From Chloroflexota bacterium (lineage in GTDB: Bacteria > Chloroflexota > UBA11872 > VXOZ01), in assembly GCA_963663275.1 (NCBI GenBank), contig OY760183.1:1696001-1760000 (forward strand): a DNA stretch of 64,000 nucleotides, in the 5' to 3' direction. Each line of letters opens with the position of its first letter. The stretch's first letter is position 1. Position numbers and translations under genes: made by a program. A model generated the notes under the pieces. The model searched no databases and was not told the DNA's origin. It was given only the letters and a program-made list of their open reading frames with translations. Below are positions 38,491 through 47,761 of this stretch, piece by piece.

Positions 38491-39450
38491 CTAGCGTGCG
38501 GCTTCCGGCGCGCGTGCCGTATAGTGGCTGTAGAGGGTCGCCGGCAGGCCGGTGGGCAGACCCGTGCCGGGCTCGACGCTGAAGGGCATTGCTTTGGCCA
38601 GCGTCCGCGTCGCCGCCTGCGCAATCGCGTGAAAGCCTCCGCCGGCGTGCGCCGCGAGCGCCTCCTGGACGGCTTGGTCGATCATACTGACGACGTGGAT
38701 GCTGTCCTGCACGGTCTGTTCCGCCGCCTCGCCCGTGCGCAGGGCGTCGCGGGACTCGTGAGACCAGAGGTAGCGGTGGGCCATGGCCAGGGTTTCGATC
38801 CGGAGAGACGCCAAGCGCCGCATGGATTGCTCGTAGCGGCGCGCCGTGTAGTAGAGGGGAAACGTGCCCGGTTTGCTGCCATATCCCTGCACGGCGTCGC
38901 CAACGAAAGCGATCTTCTTCTCTTCCCAGTGGTAGCCGATGCTGCCGGGCGAGTGGCCGGGCAGGTGTACGACGCGCAGTTGAATGTCGTCGCCCAGGTC
39001 TACGATCTCGTTGTCTTCCAGTTTTCGGTGCACGGCTGAGGGCCCGGTGACCGTGCGCCGGAATTGCCCGCGCCGCGCGGTGAGGTTTAGACCGAGTTCG
39101 TGCTCGTCCGCGTGCCAGATGTACGCCATGTGCGCTTCCAGATCTTCCACGAGGAACGCGTCCTCGCGGTGCATGAAGGCTTGTGCGTCCGTTTGGGAGA
39201 GCATCGCGTGGTTGCCGCCCATGTGGTCTTGGTGCCCGTGGGTGTTGAGGATAACGTCGACGTCGGTGAGTTCCAGGCCGAGTTCGCGGAGGGCCGGTTC
39301 GACGTACGCGCGGGGCGTGTCGGACGCGCCGGTGTCGATCAGCGCCCGCGTTGGGCCGTCGATGAAGTAGAGCTCGACGATGCTGTCCCAGTTCCAGATG
39401 GCCGTGATGCGATAGAGACGTGAATCGTGAGCCAACGGGATGAGCGCCAT
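38491..39450 (-). CDS. MBL-fold metallo-hydrolase
   Basis: LIDTG, THGHQDHMG, PGHSPG, GDAV. Confidence 0.9.
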   Translation of the reverse strand: MALIPLAHDSRLYRITAIWNWDSIVELYFIDGPTRALIDTGASDTPRAYVEPALRELGLELTDVDVILNTHGHQDHMGGNHAMLSQTDAQAFMHREDAFLVEDLEAHMAYIWHADEHELGLNLTARRGQFRRTVTGPSAVHRKLEDNEIVDLGDDIQLRVVHLPGHSPGSIGYHWEEKKIAFVGDAVQGYGSKPGTFPLYYTARRYEQSMRRLASLRIETLAMAHRYLWSHESRDALRTGEAAEQTVQDSIHVVSMIDQAVQEALAAHAGGGFHAIAQAATRTLAKAMPFSVEPGTGLPTGLPATLYSHYTARAPEAAR

Positions 39451-39569
39451 GGTCTTCTTCCTTACCTTGGGACTTTGTGAAATGTATGGAGATTCTAGCA
39501 CAGTGTTGGCGGCGCATAGGCGAACAAGTACAATTGAGTGAATCATAGTATCGAAGGAGGAATGAAGAG

Positions 39570-40760
39570 ATGGCCGTGCCGAACATTGCCGCGCGTACCG
39601 AGTTGCTCAGAGGCGAGTCGGCATTTGCCGTGCTGGCGCGCGCCCGCCAACTGGAAAGCGCCGGCAAAGATGTCATTCACCTGGAAATCGGTGAACCGGA
39701 CTTTCCCACGCCGGAGAATATCGTGGACGCCGGCGCGCGGGCGTTGCGGGACGGCCACACCCACTACGGCCCCACGCCGGGCCTGATGCCGTTCCGCGAG
39801 GCGATCGCCCGGTACGTGGAGCAGGGCTGGGGCGTTGCGACCGCGCCGGAGAACGTGGTGGTGACGCCGGGGGCGAAACCGATCGTCTTCGCCGGTATCC
39901 TGGCGACGGTCAATCCGGGCGACGAGGCGATCTACCCGGATCCCGGGTTTCCCACCTACGACTCGATGCTGCGCTTTGCCGGGGCGAAGCGGGTGCCGCT
40001 GACCCTCTACGAGGAGCGCCGGTTCCGCTGGGACCTGGATGAATTGCGCGACAGCATTACCGACAAGACGCGGCTCATCATCCTGAACGCGCCGCACAAT
40101 CCGACCGGCGGCGTTTTTACGGCGGAGGAACTGGGCGCGATTGCCGACATGGTGCGGGGCAAGCCGATCTGGGTGCTGAGCGACGAAATCTACAGCCGCA
40201 TCATCTACGAGGGCAGCCACGCTTCGATCCTGGCGCATCCCGGCATGGCAGAGCAGACTATCCTGCTGGACGGCCATTCCAAGACCTATGCCATGACCGG
40301 CTGGCGCTTGGGCTACGGCGTGATGCCGGAACCGCTGGCGGAGAAAATCGGGTTGATCCTGAACAACGCCACGTCGTGCACGGCGAGCTTTACGCAGATG
40401 GCGGGCATCGAGGCGCTGACCGGCCCGCAGGAATCGGTGGACGCGATGGTGGCGGAGTTTCGCCGCCGCCGCGACGCCTTCATTGGCGCGCTGAACGCGA
40501 TCGACGGCCTCTCCTGCCTGGTGCCCCAGGGCGCGTTCTATGCCTTCTGCAACGTGAAGGAACTCGGCGTGAGCGCCGCGCGGCTGGAACGATACTGGCT
40601 GGAGGAAGCCGGGGTGGCCGCGCTGGCCGGCACCGGCTTTGGCGCGGGCGGCGAGGGCTACGTGCGGTTCTCGTTCGCCAATTCGCTGGAGAATCTCATG
40701 GGGGCGGCGGAACGCATCGAGGCGGCGATGCCCGGCGCACGGGCGCTGGCCGGGGAGTGA
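39570..40760 (+). CDS. PLP-dependent aminotransferase class I/II (aspartate aminotransferase-like)
   Basis: IGEPDF, PHNPTG, SDEIY, SKTYAMTGWRLG. Confidence 0.94.
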   Translation: MAVPNIAARTELLRGESAFAVLARARQLESAGKDVIHLEIGEPDFPTPENIVDAGARALRDGHTHYGPTPGLMPFREAIARYVEQGWGVATAPENVVVTPGAKPIVFAGILATVNPGDEAIYPDPGFPTYDSMLRFAGAKRVPLTLYEERRFRWDLDELRDSITDKTRLIILNAPHNPTGGVFTAEELGAIADMVRGKPIWVLSDEIYSRIIYEGSHASILAHPGMAEQTILLDGHSKTYAMTGWRLGYGVMPEPLAEKIGLILNNATSCTASFTQMAGIEALTGPQESVDAMVAEFRRRRDAFIGALNAIDGLSCLVPQGAFYAFCNVKELGVSAARLERYWLEEAGVAALAGTGFGAGGEGYVRFSFANSLENLMGAAERIEAAMPGARALAGE

Positions 40761-40965
40761 GGAATCCCCTCTCCCTTGAGGGAGAGGGTTAGGGTGAGGG
40801 TGAGTCCGCGCAACCGGAAGACGCAGGTTACAAACCTGCGCTACCGGAGAAGAGGCGCTGGCGGGGGAGTGAAAAGTCCCCTCTCCCTCAAGGGAGAGGG
40901 TTAGGGTGAGGGTGAATCTGCGCAACCGGGGACGCAGGTTACAAACCTGCCCTACCGGAGAAGCG
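40742..40965. repeat. 112-bp tandem duplication containing two REP types and the last codons of the aminotransferase gene
   Basis: GGCGCTGGCSGGGGAGTGA at 40742 and 40854, each followed by the same two hairpins. Confidence 0.8.
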
Positions 40966-41001
40966 CGGCGGAGGTTCGGGCATTTGAGGCTTGGCGCGCG
41001 G

Positions 41002-41979
41002 CTACGTCCACTCCAAAATCACGCCCATGGCGTCTTCTGGATGCTCATAGAGCAGGTCGAAAGCCGCCTTTGCCTGGTTGCCGGGGAAGCGATGGGTAAC
41101 CAGCGGCGCTGCTCGCACGAGGCCGTTGGAGAGCGCCTCCATTGCCGCGCGTGCTATGGCGTTTATGTCGGTATCCGCAAGGTAGCCGCCAATGAGGCGT
41201 TTGCGTTGCATCTTGCTGGCGTCCAGCGGTAATGGGCTGTCGTGATAGAGGCCGATGATCTGCAGCAGGCCGCTGGAATTAAGCATGTCTTGCGCTTGCG
41301 CAAATGATTTGACGCCTGCGCGTCCGCCCACGCAGTCAATCACGATGTCCGCGCCTTGGCCGTCCGTGAGTTCCAAAACGGACTCCACCGGATCGCGCGC
41401 GGCGCCATCTATTATGATTCCCATGTTTCGCTCTGCGGCCAGTCTGCGGCGAATCGGCAGCATGTCGATACCGCAGAGTTGCGCGGCCATGAAGCGGGTC
41501 GCGGCTTGCATCACGAGATTGCCCACCAAGCCCAGGCCAAGAATGACCACGGTATGGTGCGGTTGGATGCCCGCGGCGGCGGTCCAACCAACTGAGCTAC
41601 TAACAAGAGGCTGGAACGTTCCGTCGACAAAAGGGACGTCGTCCGGCAGATGAGTCACGCGCCTGCGGACATCAGACATAGCGTCTCCAAGAGCGTATTC
41701 GGCGTGAGGCGCGGTGCAGGAGACGCGGTCGCCGGGCGCAAACCCGGTTACCTCGCTGCCGACTTTCTCAATGACGCCGGCCGTAGAATAGCCCATCCTG
41801 CTGGAGTCAACCGGCCCGGGCATAACGTAACGCTTCCAAAGTTCCGAGCCGCGGCTGATGAGGCTCCTGTGGACGCGCACAAGCGCCTCATTGGGGCCGG
41901 GATCGGGAATGGGCACCTGTTCCATCACGATGTTGCCCAAGCCCTCGTGTTTGGCAACCCGCCACATCATGCCAGCCAT
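41002..41979 (-). CDS. MDR-superfamily (zinc-binding-type) dehydrogenase
   Basis: SLISRGSE, MGYS.AG, GDRV, GLGLVG, GADIVID. Confidence 0.85.
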   Translation of the reverse strand: MAGMMWRVAKHEGLGNIVMEQVPIPDPGPNEALVRVHRSLISRGSELWKRYVMPGPVDSSRMGYSTAGVIEKVGSEVTGFAPGDRVSCTAPHAEYALGDAMSDVRRRVTHLPDDVPFVDGTFQPLVSSSVGWTAAAGIQPHHTVVILGLGLVGNLVMQAATRFMAAQLCGIDMLPIRRRLAAERNMGIIIDGAARDPVESVLELTDGQGADIVIDCVGGRAGVKSFAQAQDMLNSSGLLQIIGLYHDSPLPLDASKMQRKRLIGGYLADTDINAIARAAMEALSNGLVRAAPLVTHRFPGNQAKAAFDLLYEHPEDAMGVILEWT

Positions 41980-42054
41980 GTTCCTATTCACCTTTCGCTT
42001 CAGTGAGACTCTTCGCCACTCTCAGGTGGCACAGTTGTAGCTGCACGTTCGCTG

Positions 42055-43131
42055 CTAGTCCGGCTTGTACCGCGGCTGGCGCGCCACGTGGTCACGGCGG
42101 ATGAAGCGCAGATCGTGGTTGGTCAAGGGGAGCTCAACCCGCGCGCCGCCGCGGCGATGCGACTCTATAAAGCCGAAGATGATTTGCATGTTCCAATACG
42201 CTACCTCAGCGCCGCCGCGCGTTGGCTCGCCCGTGTCGAGAGCGTGGACGATGTCGTTGACGAGGTTGAGCGTCGCGCTCGTCGGCGGGGAATCCAGGTT
42301 TGGACCATCCTCGGACTTGTCCCTGTGTTTCACGCGGGTGCGGAATTCGACGCCGTTGTTCAGGGCGGTTATGACACCGTTGGCGCAGACTGCCTCTATC
42401 TCCGAGCGTCTGGGACTGTCCAGGGCATAGCCGATGACGTCGTTTTCAAACATGATGATGCCCGTGCCCGCCGGGTCTTCCAAGACTTCCGCGCCCACAA
42501 CGAGCTCATCGAAATGGAAGACATAGGCCTGGACCCATTTGGGCGCGGCATCGTTGTTGAGGTGTATCAGGAGGTCGAAGAAGTGACTCGACGTGTTGAA
42601 GAAGTTTCCGGTAGAGAAATTGATGAGCGTACGGAGGTCGCCAAAGTCGCCGGAGTGAATCTTGGCGCGCATGGCCGCGAAACCGTCATGCCAGCGGCGA
42701 TTGGTGCCCATGTTGAAGGCGACGTCGTTCGCCTTAACGGCATCCCGGATAGCCTCAGCTTCCGCAATCGAAGCACAGAGCGGCTTCTCGACGTAAAGCG
42801 CGCGGACTCCCTGCTTGATGGCGTGGAGGATGATTTCGCAGCGCGGCTCCGGCTGCGTGGCGATGCTGAGAATGTCGGGCCGTTCATTGGCAATCAAGTC
42901 GCGGTGGTTGGTGTACCAGTGGTCTGAGCCCACGTTGTAGCGTTCACCGAACTGCTCCAACACGTCCGGACGCAGATCGGCGCCTGCGACGAGATCGGTA
43001 CGTGGACACGCCTCATAGCCGGCGGCATGTGAATAGGGCAGCGGTATCGAGCGATTTGCGGTGACCTCATTGTCGATGAAGGCCCCCATGCGGCTGCAGC
43101 CGACCAGCGCCGCGCGGTACGTCTTTGCCAT
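42055..43131 (-). CDS. Gfo/Idh/MocA family oxidoreductase (paralog 1)
   Basis: GCSRMG, PDILSIAT, VEKP, NRRW. Confidence 0.9.
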   Translation of the reverse strand: MAKTYRAALVGCSRMGAFIDNEVTANRSIPLPYSHAAGYEACPRTDLVAGADLRPDVLEQFGERYNVGSDHWYTNHRDLIANERPDILSIATQPEPRCEIILHAIKQGVRALYVEKPLCASIAEAEAIRDAVKANDVAFNMGTNRRWHDGFAAMRAKIHSGDFGDLRTLINFSTGNFFNTSSHFFDLLIHLNNDAAPKWVQAYVFHFDELVVGAEVLEDPAGTGIIMFENDVIGYALDSPRRSEIEAVCANGVITALNNGVEFRTRVKHRDKSEDGPNLDSPPTSATLNLVNDIVHALDTGEPTRGGAEVAYWNMQIIFGFIESHRRGGARVELPLTNHDLRFIRRDHVARQPRYKPD

Positions 43132-43483
43132 CTTGACTGCTCCTCATGTGTACAGGCGTTTTGTACTCGCTGAAACTGTAACTGCCTTGACGGTATCCGG
43201 ATTGCGCCGTTTGCCTTCCAGGACTTGAAACGTCGCAGTTGCGTCATTCCCGCGATAGCTCGCCCCGGTACGGGGGCGCGGAATCCATCTTCGCGCTATG
43301 TAAAGCCGTACCGCTTCATCGAGCGGCAACGAGAATCGCGCATGAGTGTGGAGCGCGTAATCGCCTCTTCCGCGGCCACTCTGAACACGTGCGCACGAGT
43401 GGAATCGGTCGGACATTTCAGATTTCTCGCTTACGCTCGCAATGACACGCTACGGTGACAAGCTCAACCGGGATCGACCAGTC

Positions 43484-44560
43484 CTAGCCGGGCGTGTACG
43501 TTGGCTGGTTGGCTTTGCGGTCATGCCGGATGAAGCGCAGGTCATGGTTCGTCAAGGGCAGCTCAACCCGCGCGCCGCCCCGGCGATGCGACTCGATCAT
43601 CCCGAATAGCACTTGCATATTCCAATACGCCACGTCCGCGCCGCCCCGGGTCGGCTCTCCCGTATCGAGGGCGTGCACGATATCGTTGACGAGGTTCAGG
43701 GTAGAACTTACGTTGGGGAAGTCCAGGTTCGGCCCGTCCTCAGACTCTTCTGCGTCCTGCGCGCGGGTGCGAAACTCCACGCCGTTGTCCAGGGCCGTAA
43801 TTGCGCCTCTGCCGCACACGGCTTCGAATTCCGCGCGCCGGGCACTGTCCAAGCCATAGCCGATGACGTCGTTTTCAAACATGATAATGCCGGTGCCAAT
43901 GGGATCTTCCAACACTTCCGTACCCACCACGAGCTCGTCAAAGTCAAAGACGTAGGCCTGCACCCACTTGGGAGCAACATCATTGTTGAGATAGAGCATC
44001 AGGTCGAAGAAGTGGCTGAACCCATTGAAGAACTGCCCGGTGAAGAAATTGATGAGCGTGCGGAGATCGCCAATATCGCCTGAATGTATCTTGGCGCGCA
44101 TCGCCTCGAAACCGTTATGCCAGCGGCGATTCGTGCCCATGTTGAAAGCGACGTTATTAGCGCGGACGGCGTCGCGGATGGCTTCCGCTTCGGCAACGGA
44201 AGCACAGAGCGCCTTTTCAACATACAGCGCGCGCACGCCCTGCTCGATGGCGTGCAGGATAATCTCACACCGTTGTTCCGGCTGCGTGGCAATGCTGAGA
44301 ATGTCGGGCCGCTCGTTGGATATGAGGTCACGATAGTCTGTGTACCTGTGATCGGGTCCCACGTTGTAGCGGGCGCCGAATTTCTCAAGCACCTCCGGGC
44401 GGAGGTCAGCGCCGGCCACCAGGTCTGTACGCGGACACGCTTCATAGCCGGCGGCATGGGAATACGGCAGCGGAATCGAGCGTATGTCGACGTGTTCATT
44501 GTCGATGAAGGCTCCCATGCGGCTGCAGCCGATTAACGCGGCGCGGTATGTCTTAGCCAT
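43484..44560 (-). CDS. Gfo/Idh/MocA family oxidoreductase (paralog 2, tandem duplicate)
   Basis: Same 358-aa length and collinear with 42055-43131. Confidence 0.9.
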   Translation of the reverse strand: MAKTYRAALIGCSRMGAFIDNEHVDIRSIPLPYSHAAGYEACPRTDLVAGADLRPEVLEKFGARYNVGPDHRYTDYRDLISNERPDILSIATQPEQRCEIILHAIEQGVRALYVEKALCASVAEAEAIRDAVRANNVAFNMGTNRRWHNGFEAMRAKIHSGDIGDLRTLINFFTGQFFNGFSHFFDLMLYLNNDVAPKWVQAYVFDFDELVVGTEVLEDPIGTGIIMFENDVIGYGLDSARRAEFEAVCGRGAITALDNGVEFRTRAQDAEESEDGPNLDFPNVSSTLNLVNDIVHALDTGEPTRGGADVAYWNMQVLFGMIESHRRGGARVELPLTNHDLRFIRHDRKANQPTYTPG

Positions 44561-44824
44561 GCTCGCTAATCCTCGATGTTTGCCACTGGCGAAGTCTCAC
44601 TCGAGCCAAGTGAAGTATAGTCCGTTTCTTCTTCCCGGCAACGTGCAGCGGGAAATGGATCGCGGCCACGTCCATCATTACTATGAGAATAGACCGCAAC
44701 AGACCCTTCGTGCCCGCGCAAGCGGGAGTCCATCCACTCTTCTTTCCCAAACTCCGGCTTCCGCCGGAGCGAGGCGCCGTTCACCTTTCGACAGGCTCAA
44801 GGCGAACGGTGCAAAATCATCGCC

Positions 44825-45922
44825 TTAGCCACCGGGGATGTACAGGCTCCGGTCCGCCACCGGCAGCGACACCCGCGCGCCTCCTTGCAGGGATGAATGA
44901 GCCACGCCGAACTGCGTTTCCACGGCTTGCATCGTGACGTCGATATTGCCGTCGGAGCGTTGGCCGGTCTCCATCTCGCGGATGATATTGCGAATGTTCG
45001 TAATGCCAGGGGGATCGCCAGTGGCGTGGATGGTGGTCTCTTCCACCTCGTCGCCGCGCCGCAAAGGCCGCTGAATGCGGGTATCGATGCCGTTGTCCCA
45101 GCTAATAGCGCGGCCTTCCGTGCCGCGCACTTCCAAGTCAAAGGATCTCGGCGTGGGCACAAAGTAACCTACGGCGCCCGACTCATAGCCAACGCGGAAG
45201 AAATCGACCATGGGGTCGGCGATTTCCATGCCCGGCAATGGTATATAGGCGTGTTGTTCCGCGTCATACGGAGCGGTGGCCTTATCGTTACCCTTCACAC
45301 GCGGGTCGTCTGGGTCGACCAAGCGTCCTTCCACCCACACCGGTTTGGGATCGCCCAACATCATTTGGACCAGGTCGATGGTGTGGGGGTGATGCTTGAT
45401 GATGTCGGTGTAGTAGTTGAGCAACGCGTGGATGGGCCGGCCGATGGCCCCGCCTTGGATGGCGTCACGCAGCCGCTTGTAGGAGTCGTGGTGGCGGCGC
45501 TGCGCGCCCCAGTTGAAGGCCACGTTGTTGCGCGTGACGGCCTCGTGGATGCGGTCCGCCTCCGCCAGCGACGCGCACAGCCCTTTCTCGGCAAAGATGC
45601 CCCGCACGCCGTGTTCCGCGCAGAAGATTATCGGTTCCGCACGAGCGAACGACGGCGTGGTGACGCTCACGATATCCGGTTTCTCTTTCTCGATCATCTC
45701 GCGGTAATCGAGATAGGCGTTGGTAACGCCAAAGCGCTTGCAAAACCGTTCCAGGCGCTCTTTGCCCCGGTTGGCCACGGCGATGACGGTGGTCTCCGGC
45801 ATGGCGTCATAGCTGGGGAAATGACCGTAGGGCGTCGAGAAGCTGCGCTCACCTTGCTCGTCTTCAATCAGACCGCCCATGCGGCCGGTGCCGATGATGG
45901 CGACCCGGTACGCATTGCTCAT
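44825..45922 (-). CDS. Gfo/Idh/MocA family oxidoreductase
   Basis: IIGTGRMG, PDIVSVTTP, AEKG, QRRH; ATGA overlap with the VOC gene. Confidence 0.88.
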   Translation of the reverse strand: MSNAYRVAIIGTGRMGGLIEDEQGERSFSTPYGHFPSYDAMPETTVIAVANRGKERLERFCKRFGVTNAYLDYREMIEKEKPDIVSVTTPSFARAEPIIFCAEHGVRGIFAEKGLCASLAEADRIHEAVTRNNVAFNWGAQRRHHDSYKRLRDAIQGGAIGRPIHALLNYYTDIIKHHPHTIDLVQMMLGDPKPVWVEGRLVDPDDPRVKGNDKATAPYDAEQHAYIPLPGMEIADPMVDFFRVGYESGAVGYFVPTPRSFDLEVRGTEGRAISWDNGIDTRIQRPLRRGDEVEETTIHATGDPPGITNIRNIIREMETGQRSDGNIDVTMQAVETQFGVAHSSLQGGARVSLPVADRSLYIPGG

Positions 45923-46335
45923 AGGTCCACCCCCGGCCACTGGTCGCTGCTGGCGGTCACGTCCACCACGATGCCGTCCGGGTCTTCCACCTTGAACGAG
46001 CCGGAGGGCGGCTTCGACGGGTCGTAAGAGTACTCCTGGCCCTCGCTGACGCCTTCCCAGAAGATCTCGTAGCCCATGTCGTCAAGTCGTGTGGCTGCTT
46101 CCGCCAGGTCCGAAACCTTCACGCCAATGTGGAGGTAGTCGAGCATACCGGAGACGTGCGCCGGGCGGTCCGGCCCCTCGTGCTGGAAGACGCGAAAGTT
46201 GTGGTAGCCGTCGCTGAGGTCGTAGCCGTGGTGGAGTTCGTTGACAACCTCCAGGCCGAGCGCGTCGCGCCAGAAGCGTATGGTCTTGTCGATGTCGCTG
46301 GCGCGCACGCCCACGTGGACAAGTGTCGATGCCAT
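45919..46335 (-). CDS. VOC (glyoxalase-like) family protein
   Basis: HVGVRASDIDKTIRFW..ALGL, HIGVKV, EDPDG. Confidence 0.85.
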   Translation of the reverse strand: MASTLVHVGVRASDIDKTIRFWRDALGLEVVNELHHGYDLSDGYHNFRVFQHEGPDRPAHVSGMLDYLHIGVKVSDLAEAATRLDDMGYEIFWEGVSEGQEYSYDPSKPPSGSFKVEDPDGIVVDVTASSDQWPGVDL

Positions 46336-46581
46336 TGCGTTTCCCTCCCAATTCGCTGGCTGCTGACTTGAAACTCTGCGCTGCGCTGAATGACCGTTGC
46401 CGTTAGTATAGCGTCACCGGGCGCGGATTGCATACAAGCGGCGTTGCGGTTTCCCCCCTCACCCCGGCCCTCTCCCCAGGGAGAGGGAGGTTAATGGTAC
46501 CGGCCCGCTCTTGTATTGCCGGCCCCGATTTCGACAAACGGCCCCGTTTCCGACTGCTGGCCCGGTCATGGAAAGGCCTCT

Positions 46582-47415
46582 CTAGGAAGACGTAACGAAC
46601 GGGGCGAGGGCGTGGTACACTTGTTTACATAACGAATGCACGGAAACGCCTGGGAGCGCCGGCTGGTGGGAGGTGACGTAGCCTCGATAGTCGATGGCGG
46701 TGAGACCGTCGCGGAATCGGGGCAGGTCGATGCCCGCCGGGTCGCCAATCACCAACCGCTGGTAGCGCACCGGGCCGGCATTGGTCTCAACCGATGAATC
46801 GCCGCGGTCCGTGACGCGCAGGTTCTGGACGTAGACGTTGAAGACGGACGGGCCGAGCGGCGTTAGGGCCGCCGGGCCGTAGTCCTGCCCGCAGAGCGCG
46901 AAGTTCGCCGGTTCCAGGATGAGGCCGAAGTTGGGGCGGTCGATGCGCTCGATCATCTCGCGGCAGCCGGCGACGGTCTCAAAAGGCGTGGCGGTGTGGG
47001 TCTGTTGGGCGAGGCGAATGCCGTGCTCGCGCGCTTCGTCCGCGGCGCGCCGCGCCCACACGACGTCTTCCCCGCTCTTTACGCCCACGCGCATGAGGTC
47101 GGCGCCCAGCGCGGCGGCGCGCTCCAACGTCGGCCCCAGATTGCGCAGGAACGCGCCCGCGTCGAGAGCGTTGCCTTCCCGGGGCACGCGGGCGTCCGTG
47201 GTGAGCATCGAGGCGGCTAATCCGTGTTGCGCGAGGATGGCGCGCATCTCGCGCACGCGCGCGAGCGGGGTTGCGCTTGACAGATGCGTGGGGCGGACGC
47301 AGACGGCATTGAAGCCGACCTGGGCGGCAAGGCGCGCCAGGCCGCTGAAGTCGAGGGAAGCGTGGTCCTTGACGTCCTCGGCTTCGGCGATGCGTCCCGA
47401 CAGCGAGAGTTGCAT
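46582..47415 (-). CDS. Sugar phosphate isomerase/epimerase family TIM barrel protein
   Basis: LAAQVGFNAV, QTH, RPNFGLILEPAN, YRGYVT. Confidence 0.75.
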   Translation of the reverse strand: MQLSLSGRIAEAEDVKDHASLDFSGLARLAAQVGFNAVCVRPTHLSSATPLARVREMRAILAQHGLAASMLTTDARVPREGNALDAGAFLRNLGPTLERAAALGADLMRVGVKSGEDVVWARRAADEAREHGIRLAQQTHTATPFETVAGCREMIERIDRPNFGLILEPANFALCGQDYGPAALTPLGPSVFNVYVQNLRVTDRGDSSVETNAGPVRYQRLVIGDPAGIDLPRFRDGLTAIDYRGYVTSHQPALPGVSVHSLCKQVYHALAPFVTSS

Positions 47416-47625
47416 TGGCAGTTCTCCGGCGCCGCGCGCCGCGCTCCGTATGGCGTTGGGCACACTATACGCTGGGAGTTCGCGTGCGGCAAGGATTCAT
47501 GGGGGCAGTGCGGGGAGGCGGCGATTGCGCGATACGGACTCGCGTGTTGGAATGTGTGGAATGTAGTATCCTCTAGTCAGGCCGCAAAGCTCGTGGTTTG
47601 AGACGGAGTTTGTCCGTCGCGGCGG

Positions 47626-47727
47626 AGGCGGGGGACAAGCCCCCGCGCTACGTGGAACGAAGAGGCGGGGAATAAAGCCCCGCGATGCGTAGAACCAAGG
47701 AGGCGGGGGACAAGCCCCCGCGGTACG
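47626..47727. repeat. Three tandem GGCGGGGGACAAGCCCCCGCGCTAC REP units
   Basis: Family also at about 19149, 36915, 37248, 50582, 52425, 52476 and 63552. Confidence 0.8.
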
Positions 47728-47761
47728 GTAGAGAACGCCATTACGTAAGTTGAGGGATTGC

